Below, piece by piece: positions 1-12,850 of a stretch of 64,000 bases of DNA. Below the pieces are notes generated by a model. It saw nothing but the letters and a program-made list of their open reading frames with translations, did not search any database and was not told the origin of the DNA. This DNA comes from Negaprion brevirostris. Lineage: Eukaryota. Within the stretch, counting starts at the first letter, position 1, and every line of letters starts with the position of its first letter. The translations under genes were made by a program, and so were the position numbers. The DNA lies in contig JARDVH010000133.1 in NCBI GenBank assembly GCA_030324005.1, forward strand, positions 24,579,375 to 24,643,374. Reading direction: 5' to 3'.

Positions 1-490
1 AGTAAAATCAGCATCTATTGCTGATTCTTTGTTACCCTTGAGGAGATGGTGATCAATCTTCTTCTCATAGCATTGTAGTCCCTGTGGTGTAGATGCTTTG
101 ACAACACAGGGAGGAAGTTTCAGGATTTTGACCGAGCGATGATAAAGGACTGGCAATATATTTCAATATCAGGATGGTGTGTCACCAGATGGCACTCTTG
201 GTGATGATGGTGTGCCTATGTAGGCATCATTTCAGTATCTCAGCAGTTACATCTCAGCAGTGGACATCGGAGACTTGTGAAGTGATGCCAAAGAAGTTGT
301 TGCAGGTTACTTCAGCCATAGTACGCCAATAGAGAGGAGAATGGATTTTGGTGGATTAAATGCCGATCATGTGGACTGCTTTGTCATGGGTGATGGCAAG
401 ATTCTTCAATTTTGTTGCAGTTACACCCTTCCAGATAAATGATGAGTATTCCAGCACACATCTGAATTGTGGCTTGTAGGTGGTGGGCAA
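1..490 (-). mobile_element. Decayed 3' part of CR1-group LINE family B
   Basis: Same motif order as the copies at 7073 and 30615 (caggattttgacc, atatatttc..tcaggatggtgtgt, ctgctttgtcatgg..tg), i.e. reverse complement of 6500-6850-type sequence. Confidence 0.65.
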
Positions 491-495
491 GTTAT

Positions 496-885
496 GGGCG
501 GATGGTAGTGTAATGGTAATGCCACTGGATTAGTAATCTGGAAGTTCATGCTAACACCCTGGGACCACAGGTTCAAATCTCAGCATGGCAGCTGGTGGAA
601 CTTAAATCCAATTCATAAATCTTGCATATAAATCTAGTCTCAATAATACTGACTATGACAACTACCATTAATTTTGTAAAAATCCATTTGCTTTACTAAT
701 GTCCATTAGGGAAGGAAATCTGCCATCCTTACTTGGTCTGGCCTACATGTGACTCCAGACCCCCATAGCAATGTAGTTGACTCTCAACTGCCCTTCTGAA
801 GTGCTCGAGCAAACGATTCAGGGCAACTAGCGATGGGCAACACATGCTGGCCCAGCCAGTGCACCCACAGGAAAGAATAAAGGGA
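496..885 (+). mobile_element. tRNA-derived SINE family B
   Basis: A box TAGTGTAATGG, B box GGTTCAAATC, core ggtctggcctacatgtgactccagaccc, tail gggcaactagcgatgggcaa shared with LINE family B. Confidence 0.8.
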
Positions 886-1057
886 AAAGCCTATACTTTC
901 CATGATTAAGGCCAATGAGGTACTCAGTAAGGAGCAGAGTGGAATGGTTTTGACACCTGACCTTGTTGTCGGTCTCAGGCACCCTGGCCTGTACGTACAA
1001 AAGTTAGCTCAGATCGATTACACTTCATATAATTATCGAATCACGCAGCAAAGAAAG

Positions 1058-1335
1058 ATGGCACAGTGATTAGCACTGCCGCTGGACAGCACCAGGGACC
1101 CCAGGTTCAAATCCGGCCTCAGGTGGCTGTGTGTGTGGAGTTTGTACATTCTCCCCGTGTCTGCGTGGGTTTTCTCCGGGTGCTCCGGTTCCCTCCCGCA
1201 GTCCAAAAGACGTGCAGGTTAGGTTGATTGGCCGTGCTAAATTGCCCCTCAGTGTCAGGGGAATTAACAGGTTGGGATTGTTGTTGGTGCAGGCTTGATG
1301 GGCTGAATGGCCTCCTTCTGAACTGTAGGGATTCT
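1058..1335 (+). mobile_element. HE1-type V-SINE, followed by a CR1 tail to about 1395
   Basis: tRNA head ggcacagtgattagcact/ggttcaaatcc, V-domain ttctccccgtgtctgcgtgggttt, tail gggctgaatggcctccttctg..ctgtagggattct. Confidence 0.88.
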
Positions 1336-1913
1336 TTTAGGCACAACATCATGGGCCGGAGGGCCTGCTCCTGCACTGCACTGTTTTATGTTCTACGCCA
1401 TTTGGTCCAATGTTCCCATGCCAGCCTGCTGACTAAACCATCTAATTAGTGCTGCTACCTCACCCTGGAGCGCTGCAAATAATTTTCCAATCCACACCCA
1501 TTTTTCCTCATCTCCCTCTGGCTCTTTTGACAAGTGCCCTTTGCTGCTGGAGAAACCAGCTTCTCCTTACTTGCTCTGTCAAAACGTGCAATTTTGAACA
1601 TTTGTATCAAACTTCCCCTTAACCTCCCCACTTTAAGAAGGACCATCCCAGCATCCCCCTCCAGCTTCTCCACACAGCTGAAGACACCCATCTCCCTTTT
1701 CCCAGGCCTGGGCCTGGGATTGCTTTGCAAGTACAATCCTCTTTACTTGGAATATAGCGTTCAATTCTGGTCGCCACTCTACCAGGAGGATGTGGAGACT
1801 TTGGAGAGGGTATNNNNNNNNNNNNNNNNNNNNNNNNNNNNNNNNNNNNNNNNNNNNNNNNNNNNNNNNNNNNNNNNNNNNNNNNNNNNNNNNNNNNNNN
1901 NNNNNNNNNNNNN

Positions 1914-2070
1914 GGTCTGGCCTACATGTGACTCCAGACCCACAGCAATGTGGTTGACGCCAAACTGCCTTCTGAAATGGCCTCACAAGTCACTCAGTTC
2001 AAGGGCAATTAGGGACAGGCAACTAATGTTGGCCTTGCCAGTGACACCCACATCCATTGAAAGGGATAAA
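1914..2070 (+). mobile_element. SINE family B, 3' half (after a gap)
   Basis: Near-identical to 736-880. Confidence 0.8.
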
Positions 2071-2099
2071 GGGAGTCAGGAAATAAATCACTTTCCATA

Positions 2100-3660
2100 G
2101 AATGTCCAACCTCTGACCTGCTATAATAAGTATTTTTAGTATAGTTTCCCAGAATATTGATGTTGAGGGTGCCGATATTGTCAATGCCATAGAATGTCAT
2201 GGAAAGGTGGTTACATCGTCCCTCATTGTAGATAGTGATTGCCTGTCATTTGTTAGGTGTGGATGTTACTTGCCATGTGTTTGCCCAAGCATGAATGTTA
2301 CCTAGGTCTTGCTGAATGTAGGCATGGCCTACTTTTTTAGTTGATAAATTGAAAATGTAGTTGAACACTTTGCATCATCACTGAACGGCCTGACTTTTGA
2401 CCTCCATGATGGAAGGAAAGTTATTGATGAATCAGCTGAAAACAGTTCGGCTTTGGACATTGCACTGAGGGACTCATGCAGTGATGTTCTGGAGCTGAGG
2501 TGACTGACCCTTAGCAGCTACAATTGTCTTTTGAAATGTTCAGTACAAATCAGCCAGTGAAGAATTTTTTCTCCTTATTCCCACTGAATGGTAGTTAGCA
2601 CTGCTGCCCCACAATACCAGGGATCTGGATNNNNNNNNNNGTCTAAAACTAGAGGGTACAGGTTTAAGGTGAGAGGGGAGAGGTAGAAAAGTGTCCAGAG
2701 GGACAATTTTTTCACACAGAGGTTGGGGAGTGTCTGGAACAAGCTGCCAGAGGCAGTAGTAGAGGCAGGTACAATTTGGTCTTTTAAAAAGACAAAATTG
2801 GTTCGGCATGGTAGCACAGTGGTTAGCACTGCTGCTTCACAGCTCCAGGGACCCAGGTTCGATTCCCGGCTTCTGTCACTGTCTGTGTGGAGTTTGCACG
2901 TTCTGCCCATGTCTGCGTGGGTTTCCTCTGTGTGCTCCAGTTTCCTCCCACACTTCAAAGATGTGTAGGTTAGGTGGATTAACCATGGTGAATGTGGTCT
3001 TACGGGGATAGGATAGAGGAGGGGGCCTTGTTAAGACCCTCTGTCAGAGTCGATGCAGATTCAATGGGCTGAATGGTCTCTTTCTGCACTGTAGGGATTC
3101 TATGACTTCAGTTTGATTAGGACTCCTTAGTGCTCCAATTTGGGCCAAGACTGTAATAGCACCGGGGGCTATGGTCCTGCTGGAACTCAAATTAAGCATC
3201 AGTGAACAGGTTATTGGTAAATAAGTGCAATTTAATAGCAGTATTGATTAATCCTTTTATCACCATTTGTATTTGGGAATAAACTGGTGAATATCAGCTT
3301 TTTGCAGACAGGACTTACCTGGGCACTTTTCCATGGTGTTGGTAGATTGCCAGTAGCTGTACTCAAATGGTTTAGCTGATTCAAGTGCATCTTCAGCGGG
3401 GATGTTTTCAGGCCACTATCCTTTGCTGCTTGCAGTACACCCAACTTGATGACATGCTAAATTAATTGAATTAGCTGGAGATTGGCACCTATTGTGGTGG
3501 GGACCTCCGGAGGAGGCCGAGAAGGACCATCCATTTAGCAATTATGATTGAAGACGGTTGTAAGTGCTTGGTTCTTGTCTTTCCCGTTCAGGTTCTAAGC
3601 TCTCTTGTCATTGAAGATGCTCATGGAGCCCCCAGTTGGTTGCTTAATTGTCCACAATGG
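2100..3660 (-). mobile_element. LINE family B remnant interrupted by a CR1 3' fragment (2641-2790, +) and an HE1 SINE (2805-3105, +)
   Basis: The minus strand reads WKSAQVSPVCKK (RT-upstream motif). The nested HE1 and CR1 sequences are recognisable. Confidence 0.7.
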
Positions 3661-4651
3661 CTAATATATTGTTTTACCTGGAAGGTATCAATTTTTTTTT
3701 AGTGCTGTTACAGCTGGGCCCATTCAGGTGAATATTCATTCACATTCTCAACCAGCTTGAATGATAGTGGGGTGGCTTTAAGAGATCATAATCAATTAAA
3801 TGCTGTCTTGATCCTGAAGGCAACTACTCTTACTTCCCTAGGATTTAGCACTGCAACAACTCACCATGTCTGGATCAAGCCCATGATGAGGCCTAGAGCC
3901 AAATGGTTATGAAGAAATTTGGATAGAGTATTGGTGAGGATATTATTGCTGAGTAGGGAGACTCTATTGAGTAGGAACTCTTGATGATTCCTTCCATCAT
4001 TTTACTGAGGTTGGGAGGAAGTTGAGGGAGGGACAGGGAAGATACGTTGTTTTCCCTTACATTGTTTTTTGTAGATGTCCTTAGCAAGAGTCTGGGGATT
4101 CATCAACTCTGACATTGAGAAAATATTTTCAATCAGTTAATTCTGGATGAGTTTAATGTCACTACTGCCAAGATCATATTCAACTGATGCAAAGTGACAT
4201 TTTAGTAACATGATTGGTATCTCCCAGTACCAGTGAACATCATCATCAGTTTAGCCAATGGCTGAAGGGATAAAGGCATCACCTGACCTCAGTGAATTGG
4301 CCTAGTAGTGAGTTGGCTTAGCTGTGAGTTTTAGACACCAAGCTTACCAAGCCTTTGGACCTGGGAAGATATTGTTTCAAATCTTGCTTTGTGACAAATC
4401 AGGTGACCTGTGGTTGGAATTAGCCCAGGTTCAAGAGAAAGAAAACACATCTAGAAACCTTGCTTATGACTCCTGTTTAGTGTATCTGCTAGATGTAGGG
4501 ATTTGTGGATGTTGGCTAAGACAGCATGAGGATGTAGTTACTTATCTTACCCACCTCCTGCTCCACCCCAGGGTTGAGTAGCCAGCTAACGCTCAATTTT
4601 AGAATGGCTATTAAATATCCTTGCAACTATACATGACTGAATGGAGCCAAT

Positions 4652-5356
4652 TGGTGGCATTCTCCCAAGCCCAATTGGTGGAATTCCCCCAAGCTCCTGC
4701 CGGTGGTTCAGTGGCGGGCGGGGTGAGGTGAAGTGGGATCTTCCACTGGTGCCTGCCATGGCAGGCCAGGAAACCCGCTGGAAGCCTGCTTGAAACTAAT
4801 TTGCATCCCTTTAATGAGATGCAGATAAAGGCCTGATCATCCACACCCAATCCTCCACAGCGCCAGCAGGTAAACACACGGTGCGAAACACATCTGGAAC
4901 AACTTGGCGTGCAGATGTTGAGACTCACCTGAACAATTCCTGGGGCTGAAATAGGAATTCAGGATGGAGGCTGAAGCCAACCCTGGCCTTTGGAACACCA
5001 CAGCAGTAGCTGGGGGAGAGGGGGGGAGGCATCTTTAGATGGTCCTTCCAGAGTCAGTGTCCTGGAGGGGATCCACTTTCCAACCTCAGAATTCTCCTAG
5101 AGATCCATACTCATTATCAGGACATCCAGCATCTTTCTTCAACAATGGGTTACCTTTTCAACATGGTGCCTAAATAAGATGGTGGACGACACACCAACAT
5201 GCCCTCCCTGCTGCAGAACATGGCGTAAAACCACCTATTGCATAATTAATGAGCTCAGGGCCAGAAGATTTGGCATGTTTTCCTGCCAGCCTCTGCGGTG
5301 GGAAATACTTCACTTTCCTGTCCTGCCACTTAGTCCCCAGATGGAGAATTCTGCCC
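4652..5356. mobile_element. MITE-like non-autonomous DNA element
   Basis: Ends ggtggcattctccc ... ggagaattctgccc. The left end carries a short tandem duplication. GC-rich interior. Confidence 0.55.
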
Positions 5357-5624
5357 AGTATTTTCAAGAGGAGGAGGTGGCTTTTATGTTTTTTAGTGAA
5401 GTTGCTTAGCGTTAACATTTACATATTTTCTCAGGATGGTGTTTGTGGGAATATTTAAAAACATAATTTCACCACTAGATGGTGCTTTGAACAACATTTT
5501 GAGCTCTATCTTTGCTGAAGAAGCGTGTTTGGATTCATGTCATTACAGATAAAATATTTGTCTCTTTGATCACCCTTTTTTGTGTAGAAATATTTATTTG
5601 TTTGCAGCATTGACCCTACATTAA

Positions 5625-6900
5625 CTCAAATTCACCCAGAACTTGCCATATCCCCAGCCAAAGCTGTTCCAGTGGAAAACTACCCAGATACATTCTGTAC
5701 ATAAAAAACGGGACAAATACAACCCAGCCAATTACCGCACCATCAGCCTACTCTCGATCATCAGTAAAGTGCTGGAAGGGATCATCAACAGCACTATCAG
5801 GCAGCACTGCTTGAGCAACAACCTGCTCAGTTTGGGTTCCGCCAGGGTCACTCAGTTCCTGACCTTATTACAGCCTTGGGGTTCAAACCTGGACAAAAGA
5901 TCTGAATCCCAGGGGTGAGGTGAGAGTGACTGCCCTTGACATCAAGGCCGTACTTCACCAAGTATGGTATCGAGGAGCCCTAGCAAAACTGGCGTCAATG
6001 GGAATCAGAGGGAAAGTCTTCCGCTGGTTGGAGTCATACCTAGCACAAAGGAAAATGGGTGTTGTGGTTGGAGCTCAGTCATCTCAGCTGCAGAACATTA
6101 CTGCAGAAGTCGGTCAGGTTGGTGCCCTAGGCCCAACCATCCTTAGCTGCTTCATCAATGACCGTCCTTCCATATTAAGCTCAGAAGTGGGGATGTTAAT
6201 AATAGCAAGATGACTGCACACTGTTCAGCACAATTTATGACTCCTCAGATACTGAAGCACTCCATGTCCAATAAGATCTGGACAATATCCAGGCTTAGGC
6301 TGACATGTAACAATTGTGCCTCACAAGTGCCAGGCAATGACTATCTTCAACAAGAGTGGATCTAACATCATCCCTTGAAATTCAGTGGCATTATCATCGC
6401 TGAATCTCCCCTTATCAACAGCCTGGGGNNNNNCCCCGGTTGACCATTGATCAGAATTGAACTGACAAGCCATATAAATACTGTGCTGTCAGAGCAGGTC
6501 AAAGGTTAGGAGTCCTGTAATGCGTAACTCACCTCCCGACTCCTCAAGGCCTGTCCATCATCTACAAGGCATAAGTCACGGGCGTAATGGAATACTCTCC
6601 ACTTGCCTCGATGAGTGCTGCTCCAACGGCATTCAAGAAGCTCAACACCATCCAGGATAAAGCAGCCTGCTTGATTGCTACCTCTTCCACAAACATTAAA
6701 TCTCTCCACCAGTGACAAACAATGGCAGTTGTGTGTTTTATCTACAAGGTGCACTGCAAGAACTTACCAGCACTGTGAATGTACCTACAGCTCAGGGACT
6801 GCAGCAATTCAAGAAGGCAGCTCACCACCAGCTTCTCGAGGGCAACTAGGGATGGGCAAAGAATACTAGTCTACCCAGCAATGAACTGTAAAAAAAAACA
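5625..6900 (+). mobile_element. CR1-group LINE family B, RT region plus 3' end, frameshifted
   Basis: NPANYRTISLLSIISKVLE, ALDIKAVLHQVWYRG, LGPTILSCFIND RT motifs; ends in an A-rich tail. Confidence 0.9.
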
Positions 6901-7072
6901 TTGTTATCAATTACACTACATTCAAATAAATGAAAATCCAGTCAATTATAGTAATTACTAGTATTTTATCCCTTTATAAGTGAGGGAGGGGTATATGGCA
7001 AAATGGGATCAATCAGCTACATATAAAACAAAGATACTGTCATATATTGCACCTAATGTCTGTTTTTTAAAG

Positions 7073-7500
7073 ATTATTTATTCATTCACAGGATGGGGTC
7101 AGAGTTAACAAGACCAGCATTTATTGCCTTAATTGTCCTTGAGAGGGCAGTGGTAGAAAGACAGTGGTGAACTGCCTTCTTCAACTGCTGAAGTTTATGT
7201 AGTGAAGGTACAACCACAATCCTGTTAAGAAGGGTTCTGATTCAGTAAGAATGTAGAAATGGCAATATCTTTCCAGGTCAGATGATAGGTAACTGGAAGG
7301 GACACCATGGAGGTTGTGGTGGTTCCATACACCATGCTTTCCTAGCCTTAAATGTTGTGGATTTGGGAAGGACTATCGAAGGACCCTTGTTAAGTTGCTA
7401 CTGTGTATCTGGTAGATACTACACATTACAGCCACAGTGCACTGGTGTTTAAGGGAGTGAATATTTCAGGTGGTGGATTGGGTGCCAATCAAATGGTTAC
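7073..7500 (-). mobile_element. LINE family B 3' end
   Basis: Begins with the reverse complement of the family tail (ttcattca..ccagcatttattgcc..taattgtccttgag). Confidence 0.7.
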
Positions 7501-8405
7501 TTTATTAAGGTGATCCACTATTTACTGCACTGAGACACTTTGGCAGAATAATTCAGATATCCCCCAATGGTACGAGATTACTCTTTGACGGAGACAATGA
7601 AAATCAGTTCAAAAGTCTTCCCATGTTACACATCTGGCCAATGCAGGCTTTCTATTGGTTTGCATTTCTAGTTAACTATTTAATGGCCTTGAACCAAATA
7701 AAAGAAATTTGACAAGTTGCATTCTGGTCAGTTGTTCTGAATATTCTTCATTCCAAATTTGAAGAGGAGGCAATTAACCCTTTGCCCTGAAATGTAGTTG
7801 AGTTTAAAAATGATTCAGATTCCATTCTCAGGTAACTGATCACGAATGTAACCTGAGAAGAATGCTGCTTGTCTGGATTTATGGAAACTTTCGCTAATCT
7901 ATCACTGTAGCCGAGCAATAGTGATTCCAAGTTTGCTTTTTTGAAGAATCAATGGAAAAATTTGCTTAGCTCCAGCCGACTGAAGTCACAAAACTAAACT
8001 ATAATTAATCAGTACTGGACATCACACCCATTTTCAACATGTTTGTTGAATTTCATTTAAATGGGATATGAGCTCTTGAGTCAGTGGTAGCAACCAATAT
8101 TTCTCTTCGGTGTTCACGCAGGGGGACATGAATTGTCCCCCTGCTGAGGAGGACACTGGGTTGCAGGGNNNNNNNNNNNNNNNNNNNNNNNNNNNNNNNN
8201 NNNNNNNNNNNNNNNNNNNNNNNNNNNNNNNNNNNNNNNNNNNNNNNNNNNNNNNNNNNNNNNNNNNNCAGCAAGTGGAGGCTGGAGTTGCAATGCTGAA
8301 TTTTAGGTTGACATCCAGTGGGATACTCATTTCTGGGAAGTGGAGATACCTCCTCCCCAGTCAGAAGGGGGGTCATCAGAGGCCCTTAAAACTCCATGGG
8401 CAGGG

Positions 8406-8735
8406 GAGGCAGTGGCGTATTGGTAATGTCACTGGGTTAGTAATCGAGAGATCCAGGTTAATGCACTAGGGATCTGGGTTCAATTCCCACCACAGTAGAT
8501 GGTGAAATTTGAATTCAATAAAAATCTGGAATTAAAATTCTAATGTTGAGCATGAAATTACTGTCAATTGTTGTAATAACCTATCTGGTTCACTTTTCTG
8601 GTCTGCCGTAATGTGACTACAGATCCATAGCAATGTGGTTGATTCTTAAATGCCTCTGATATGGAGTACAGTTAGGGACAGGCAGTAGACACTGGTCCAG
8701 CCAGTGATGCACACGTCTGGTAAATGAATAAAATA
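8406..8735 (+). mobile_element. SINE family B, near full length
   Basis: gtggcgtattggtaatgtcactgg head, gggttcaattccc B box, shared tail. Confidence 0.8.
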
Positions 8736-8776
8736 AGATTATAAAACCAATCATCCTATCACCTACCATAGACACA

Positions 8777-9335
8777 GGGCAGGATTTTGCACCCAGTGGT
8801 ATGTTTTCAGGTGGTGGAGGTGGCTTGCCATTCGCCACCAGCAGGATCTTCCAGTCCCGCCGATGTCTACGGTGTTTTGCGTGGCTCGCACATTCCACTA
8901 CCGGGTAATAAATCCTGGGGCGTCACTGTCGGCAGGGACCAGAAGATCCCACCAATGGGAAAGGCTGGGGAAAATTCATAGAATCATAGAAATTCTACAG
9001 TGCAGAAAGAGGCCATTTGGCCCATCGAGTCTGCACCTACCACAATCCCACCCAGGCCCTATCCCCATATCTGTATGTATTTACTCACTAATCCTTCTAA
9101 CCTACGCATCTCAGGACACCAAAGGCAATTTTAGCATGGCCAATCAACCTAACCCGCACATCTTTGGACTGTGGGAGGAAACCAAAGAACCTGGAGGAAA
9201 CCCACGCAGACACAAGGAGAATGTGCAAACTCCACATAGACAGTGATCCAAGCCAGGAATTGAACCCAGGTCCCTGGAGCCGTGAAGCAGCAGTGCTAAC
9301 CATTGTGCTACCATGCCACCCACGGATTTCAGCCC
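8777..9335. mobile_element. MITE with an HE1 SINE (8977-9321, minus) inserted in its right terminus
   Basis: gggcaggatttt ... ggaaaattc[HE1]ggatttcagccc. The HE1 copy is full length. Confidence 0.75.
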
Positions 9336-9372
9336 ATGGATTCAGCCACTAAATGAGCTTTTGCATCATTGC

Positions 9373-9618
9373 TGTAGTATAAAGGGTTAACAGAATGTAG
9401 ATGGCGTAGATGATGATATATCATTGACATCAGTCAATCATGAGTTAGATATTGAGAGTGAGAGAGAGATTGGAACACCTTGCTCAGGAGCAGCATGCCT
9501 GCTCTGTAACCTGTTACTCATAAACAAGTGTTAAGCATGCACCAGAATATGATTACTATTTGTTCAGTAACCAAGACCACACCTAGAGTCCACAGATAAG
9601 AAGGACCACCTTGGAATA
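9373..9618 (+). mobile_element. Probable solo LTR
   Basis: Starts TGTAGT, ends ..ATA (CA decayed), flanked by ATTGC direct repeats at 9368-9372 and 9619-9623. Confidence 0.5.
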
Positions 9619-10385
9619 ATTGCCAATCAAACCATTAATCAGCCTTCATATCTTTCCATTACTGCAACTATTCTCAAAGGGAAGAGTATGAAGATACGAA
9701 AACAACATCCCACAAAGAAAAGGGAGTGCTTATCATGAAATGTTTTTGCCTGTAGTAATCCAAAAATCAAAAATCCAATTTATCTTTACTTCAATCAGAA
9801 TCAGTGATACCACATTGCAGATGTATTTCCTCCCTGCTTTGAATGTTTAAAGGATAGGACTGAGTGACCAAAGGGGAAATGGTTTCTGTATGTGGCTTTA
9901 GCCCTGGACTTACTTGGATTTATCTTGGTCACCACAAAGTCTCGTTCATTGGTCTACACAGTGCAGTTGTACTTTTGGACAACAGGGCTAAGAAATTGTT
10001 ATCATCATCTTGGGAGGTCCCTGTACCCATCTAAAATGTCTTAAAAATACTGGATCAGCTGATGCATGCTGGGCATTTGTTGCCATGAAAACAACAAAGA
10101 TTCTGAAAGGCTACATGGGGGAGATAAAGGCAGGAGCATCAATGTATTTTCTTCAGCATTGGTACGGGGGCTCTGAATTAATGTCAGTTTGTGCCTCCAT
10201 CTCACTCCTCATAAAACAGAGCATTGGGATGTTGAAGCAGCACCAATGGTAAATGGAAATTCCTGTAGATTGTACACCACCTCTTTAAAAAAGATTTGAT
10301 AGGTGGATGGATTGTTTAATCTGCTGTGTTCGATGTAACTTTGCCATTAGAAAAGTGGAAGGCTGGAAGACCAACCTGTATCTCT

Positions 10386-10519
10386 GGCCCGAATTCTCTG
10401 ACTTCACCCTCCTCTGGGATTCTCCGGTCCTGCTGCAGTGATGGAGATTTGGCTGAGTGCCAAATTCTCAATGCTCACAGACAGAGGTGGTGAGCAAACA
10501 AGACTGGAGAATTCCAGCC
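10386..10519. mobile_element. Short MITE
   Basis: TIRs ggcccgaattctctg / tggagaattccagcc. Confidence 0.7.
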
Positions 10520-11019
10520 TTTGTCTGAAGAAGAGGAGGATGACAAAGCAGCCTAGATTAATGTAAGGCCAGACTACATTATTCTTCAGTATTTCAGTGG
10601 AGTGCCAGCTGAAATTATGGACATAGTTTCTGCAGAGAGAAGTGAGCTCATCCTATTTGAGGTCAGAAGCACACCCAGGATGATGTTATAACACATTTTG
10701 CTCACTATTATTGACATGTCTCAAGTACTCCGTGATGGTAAGTTATTGCAAATGTATATCATGTATTCCACATTTTATAATATTTACTAGTGAAGTAAGT
10801 GCAGTGTATTTATGTGTTTAAATTTAATTTTTGAAACAATAATATATGCCTGAAGGAGTGAAAATCAATGTTGGTGAGGCAACAAAAGAGATAGTGACAG
10901 ATTGGCTGCCTGTTACCCACCCTGTCCATTTACCTACCAATGACTTAATGGATACACAAAGACTAGTCTATTTGCCAATGATTCCTTTGTCTTCCTGCTG
11001 AAGTTTGAGGAATGCTTAG

Positions 11020-12850
11020 CTAAGGAAACGGAGAGTAGGTTTAAGTGTGTAATTTTCTGGTTGGCAAGATAAAACAGGTTGAGTGGAAGTTCAACTATTT
11101 ACAATCCAGATCTGGATGAAGAGATTGGATGTGTAGTTGCTAAATTTGCTGATGGCATGAAGATAGGTCGGAGAGTAAGTGGTGAGGAGGACATAAAGAA
11201 TCTGCGAAAGGATAAAGATAGGTTAAATGAGTGGATAAAAATTTGGTCAATGGAGTATAATGTGGGAAAATGTGAACTTGTCCACTTTGGCAAGAAGAAT
11301 AGAAAAGCAGCATACTATTTAAATGGAGAGAGATTGCAGAACTCAGAGCTGCAGAGGGATCTGGGTGGCCTGGTATATGAATCAGGAAAAGTTCGTCTGC
11401 AGGTACAGCAAATAATTAGGAAAGCAAATTGAAAGTTGTCGTTTACTGCAAGGGAAATGAATGTCAAAGCAGGGACATTCCAAATTAAAACATTGGCTTG
11501 ATTTTCTCTCCATAGATGCTGTCAGACCTGTTGAGATTTTCCAGCATTTTCTGTTTTTATTTAAACATAGGGGGATTTTGCTACAGTTGTACAGGGTATT
11601 GGGGGGACCACATCTGGAATACGAGGTACAGTTTTGGTCTTTTTATTTATGAAAGGACATAATTCATTAGAAGCAGTTCAAAGACTGTTGAAGTGGCTGA
11701 TTCCTGGGATGAGGGGGTTATCCAGTGTGTAAAGATTGGGCTTTTATCCATTGGAGTTTAAAAGAATGAGAGTGATCTTTTTGAAACATTCCCTACCCAA
11801 GGTGGGATTCCTGCCCGACCCAGACACAATTTCACAGTGGGACAGGTAGGGCCTTAAACGGGAAACCCACCCTCTCCCTTGTTACGGCCTTCAGATGGCC
11901 ACTTAATGTCCACCTAAGAGCCTTTTACCGCCCAGCCTCAGGCTGGTGGGGGTGGAAGCAGGTGTGAGTCAGGTAAGAAACAGAGAAATAAGCCTTTCTC
12001 CAAGCAGGTGGGTGGGGTGGGAGTCATCAATCTAAAGGCCCCTTCAGACTTGAGGCAGCCTCCTCTCCAGGATCTTGGTGATCCTCTTCCTCCCCCTCCA
12101 CCGTACCGATTCCCTAATGCCGCGATCCCCACCCCCCCCCTCCCTCCTGACCCAGGGCAACCCCTTTCCTCCCAGCATGCCTGAGACTCACCTAGAGAAT
12201 GATCCCAGGACTTAGTTCCAGTCAGGACACTGCAGTACCTCTTCTGGCCATTGCAGCACTGTGTCTGGATGGGTTGAAGAGCTATCAGCAAATCAGATTG
12301 ACCAACAACTCTCATGGGCAGGACTTCCTTGCAAGGTTGCCGGGAAGTTCCGCGCACTGCCAATTAACGTTCAAATGAGCTTTAAATGGCAGGGGGCATC
12401 TGACAGTCAACGGCAGCACGTTATGAACCAACTCTCAGGACAGCAAGTGGCTGTGCACCTGTCATCCTTAAAATTTTACCCAGAAGATCCTGAATGGACT
12501 TGACAAGGTGGATGTTGAAAGGATGCTTCCTCTTGTGGGGGGACATCAGAACTAGGGGACATAGTTAAAGATTAGGGTTTGTACGTTTAAGACAGAGATG
12601 AATAGAATTTATTTCTCTCCCAGGATCACGAGTCTGAGGAGTTCTCTTCGCCAGGGCAACTCCCATTGAGTATTTTTAAGGCAGAGTTAGATTGTTGACT
12701 AACAAGGGAGTCAAAGGTTATCAAGGGCAGGAAGGACAATGAGGGCAGGAAGGTTGAGGCCACAATCAGATCAGCCATGATCTTATCAAATGGTGGATCA
12801 GACTTGAAGGGCTAAATGATCCACTCCTTCTAGTTTGAATGTTCGTATGT
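11020..12850 (+). mobile_element. CR1 (HER1-type) LINE 3' portion with a nested Penelope end (about 11465-11562) and a MITE-like insert (about 11790-12481)
   Basis: VAKFADGMKIG, MEYNVGKCELVHFG, QRDLG, HLEYEVQFWS motifs. CR1 sequence resumes after each insert. Confidence 0.88.

Noticed and set aside
1058-1130. tRNA-like A/B box sequences here and at other SINE heads
   Set aside because: They run straight into SINE bodies and are not tRNA genes.
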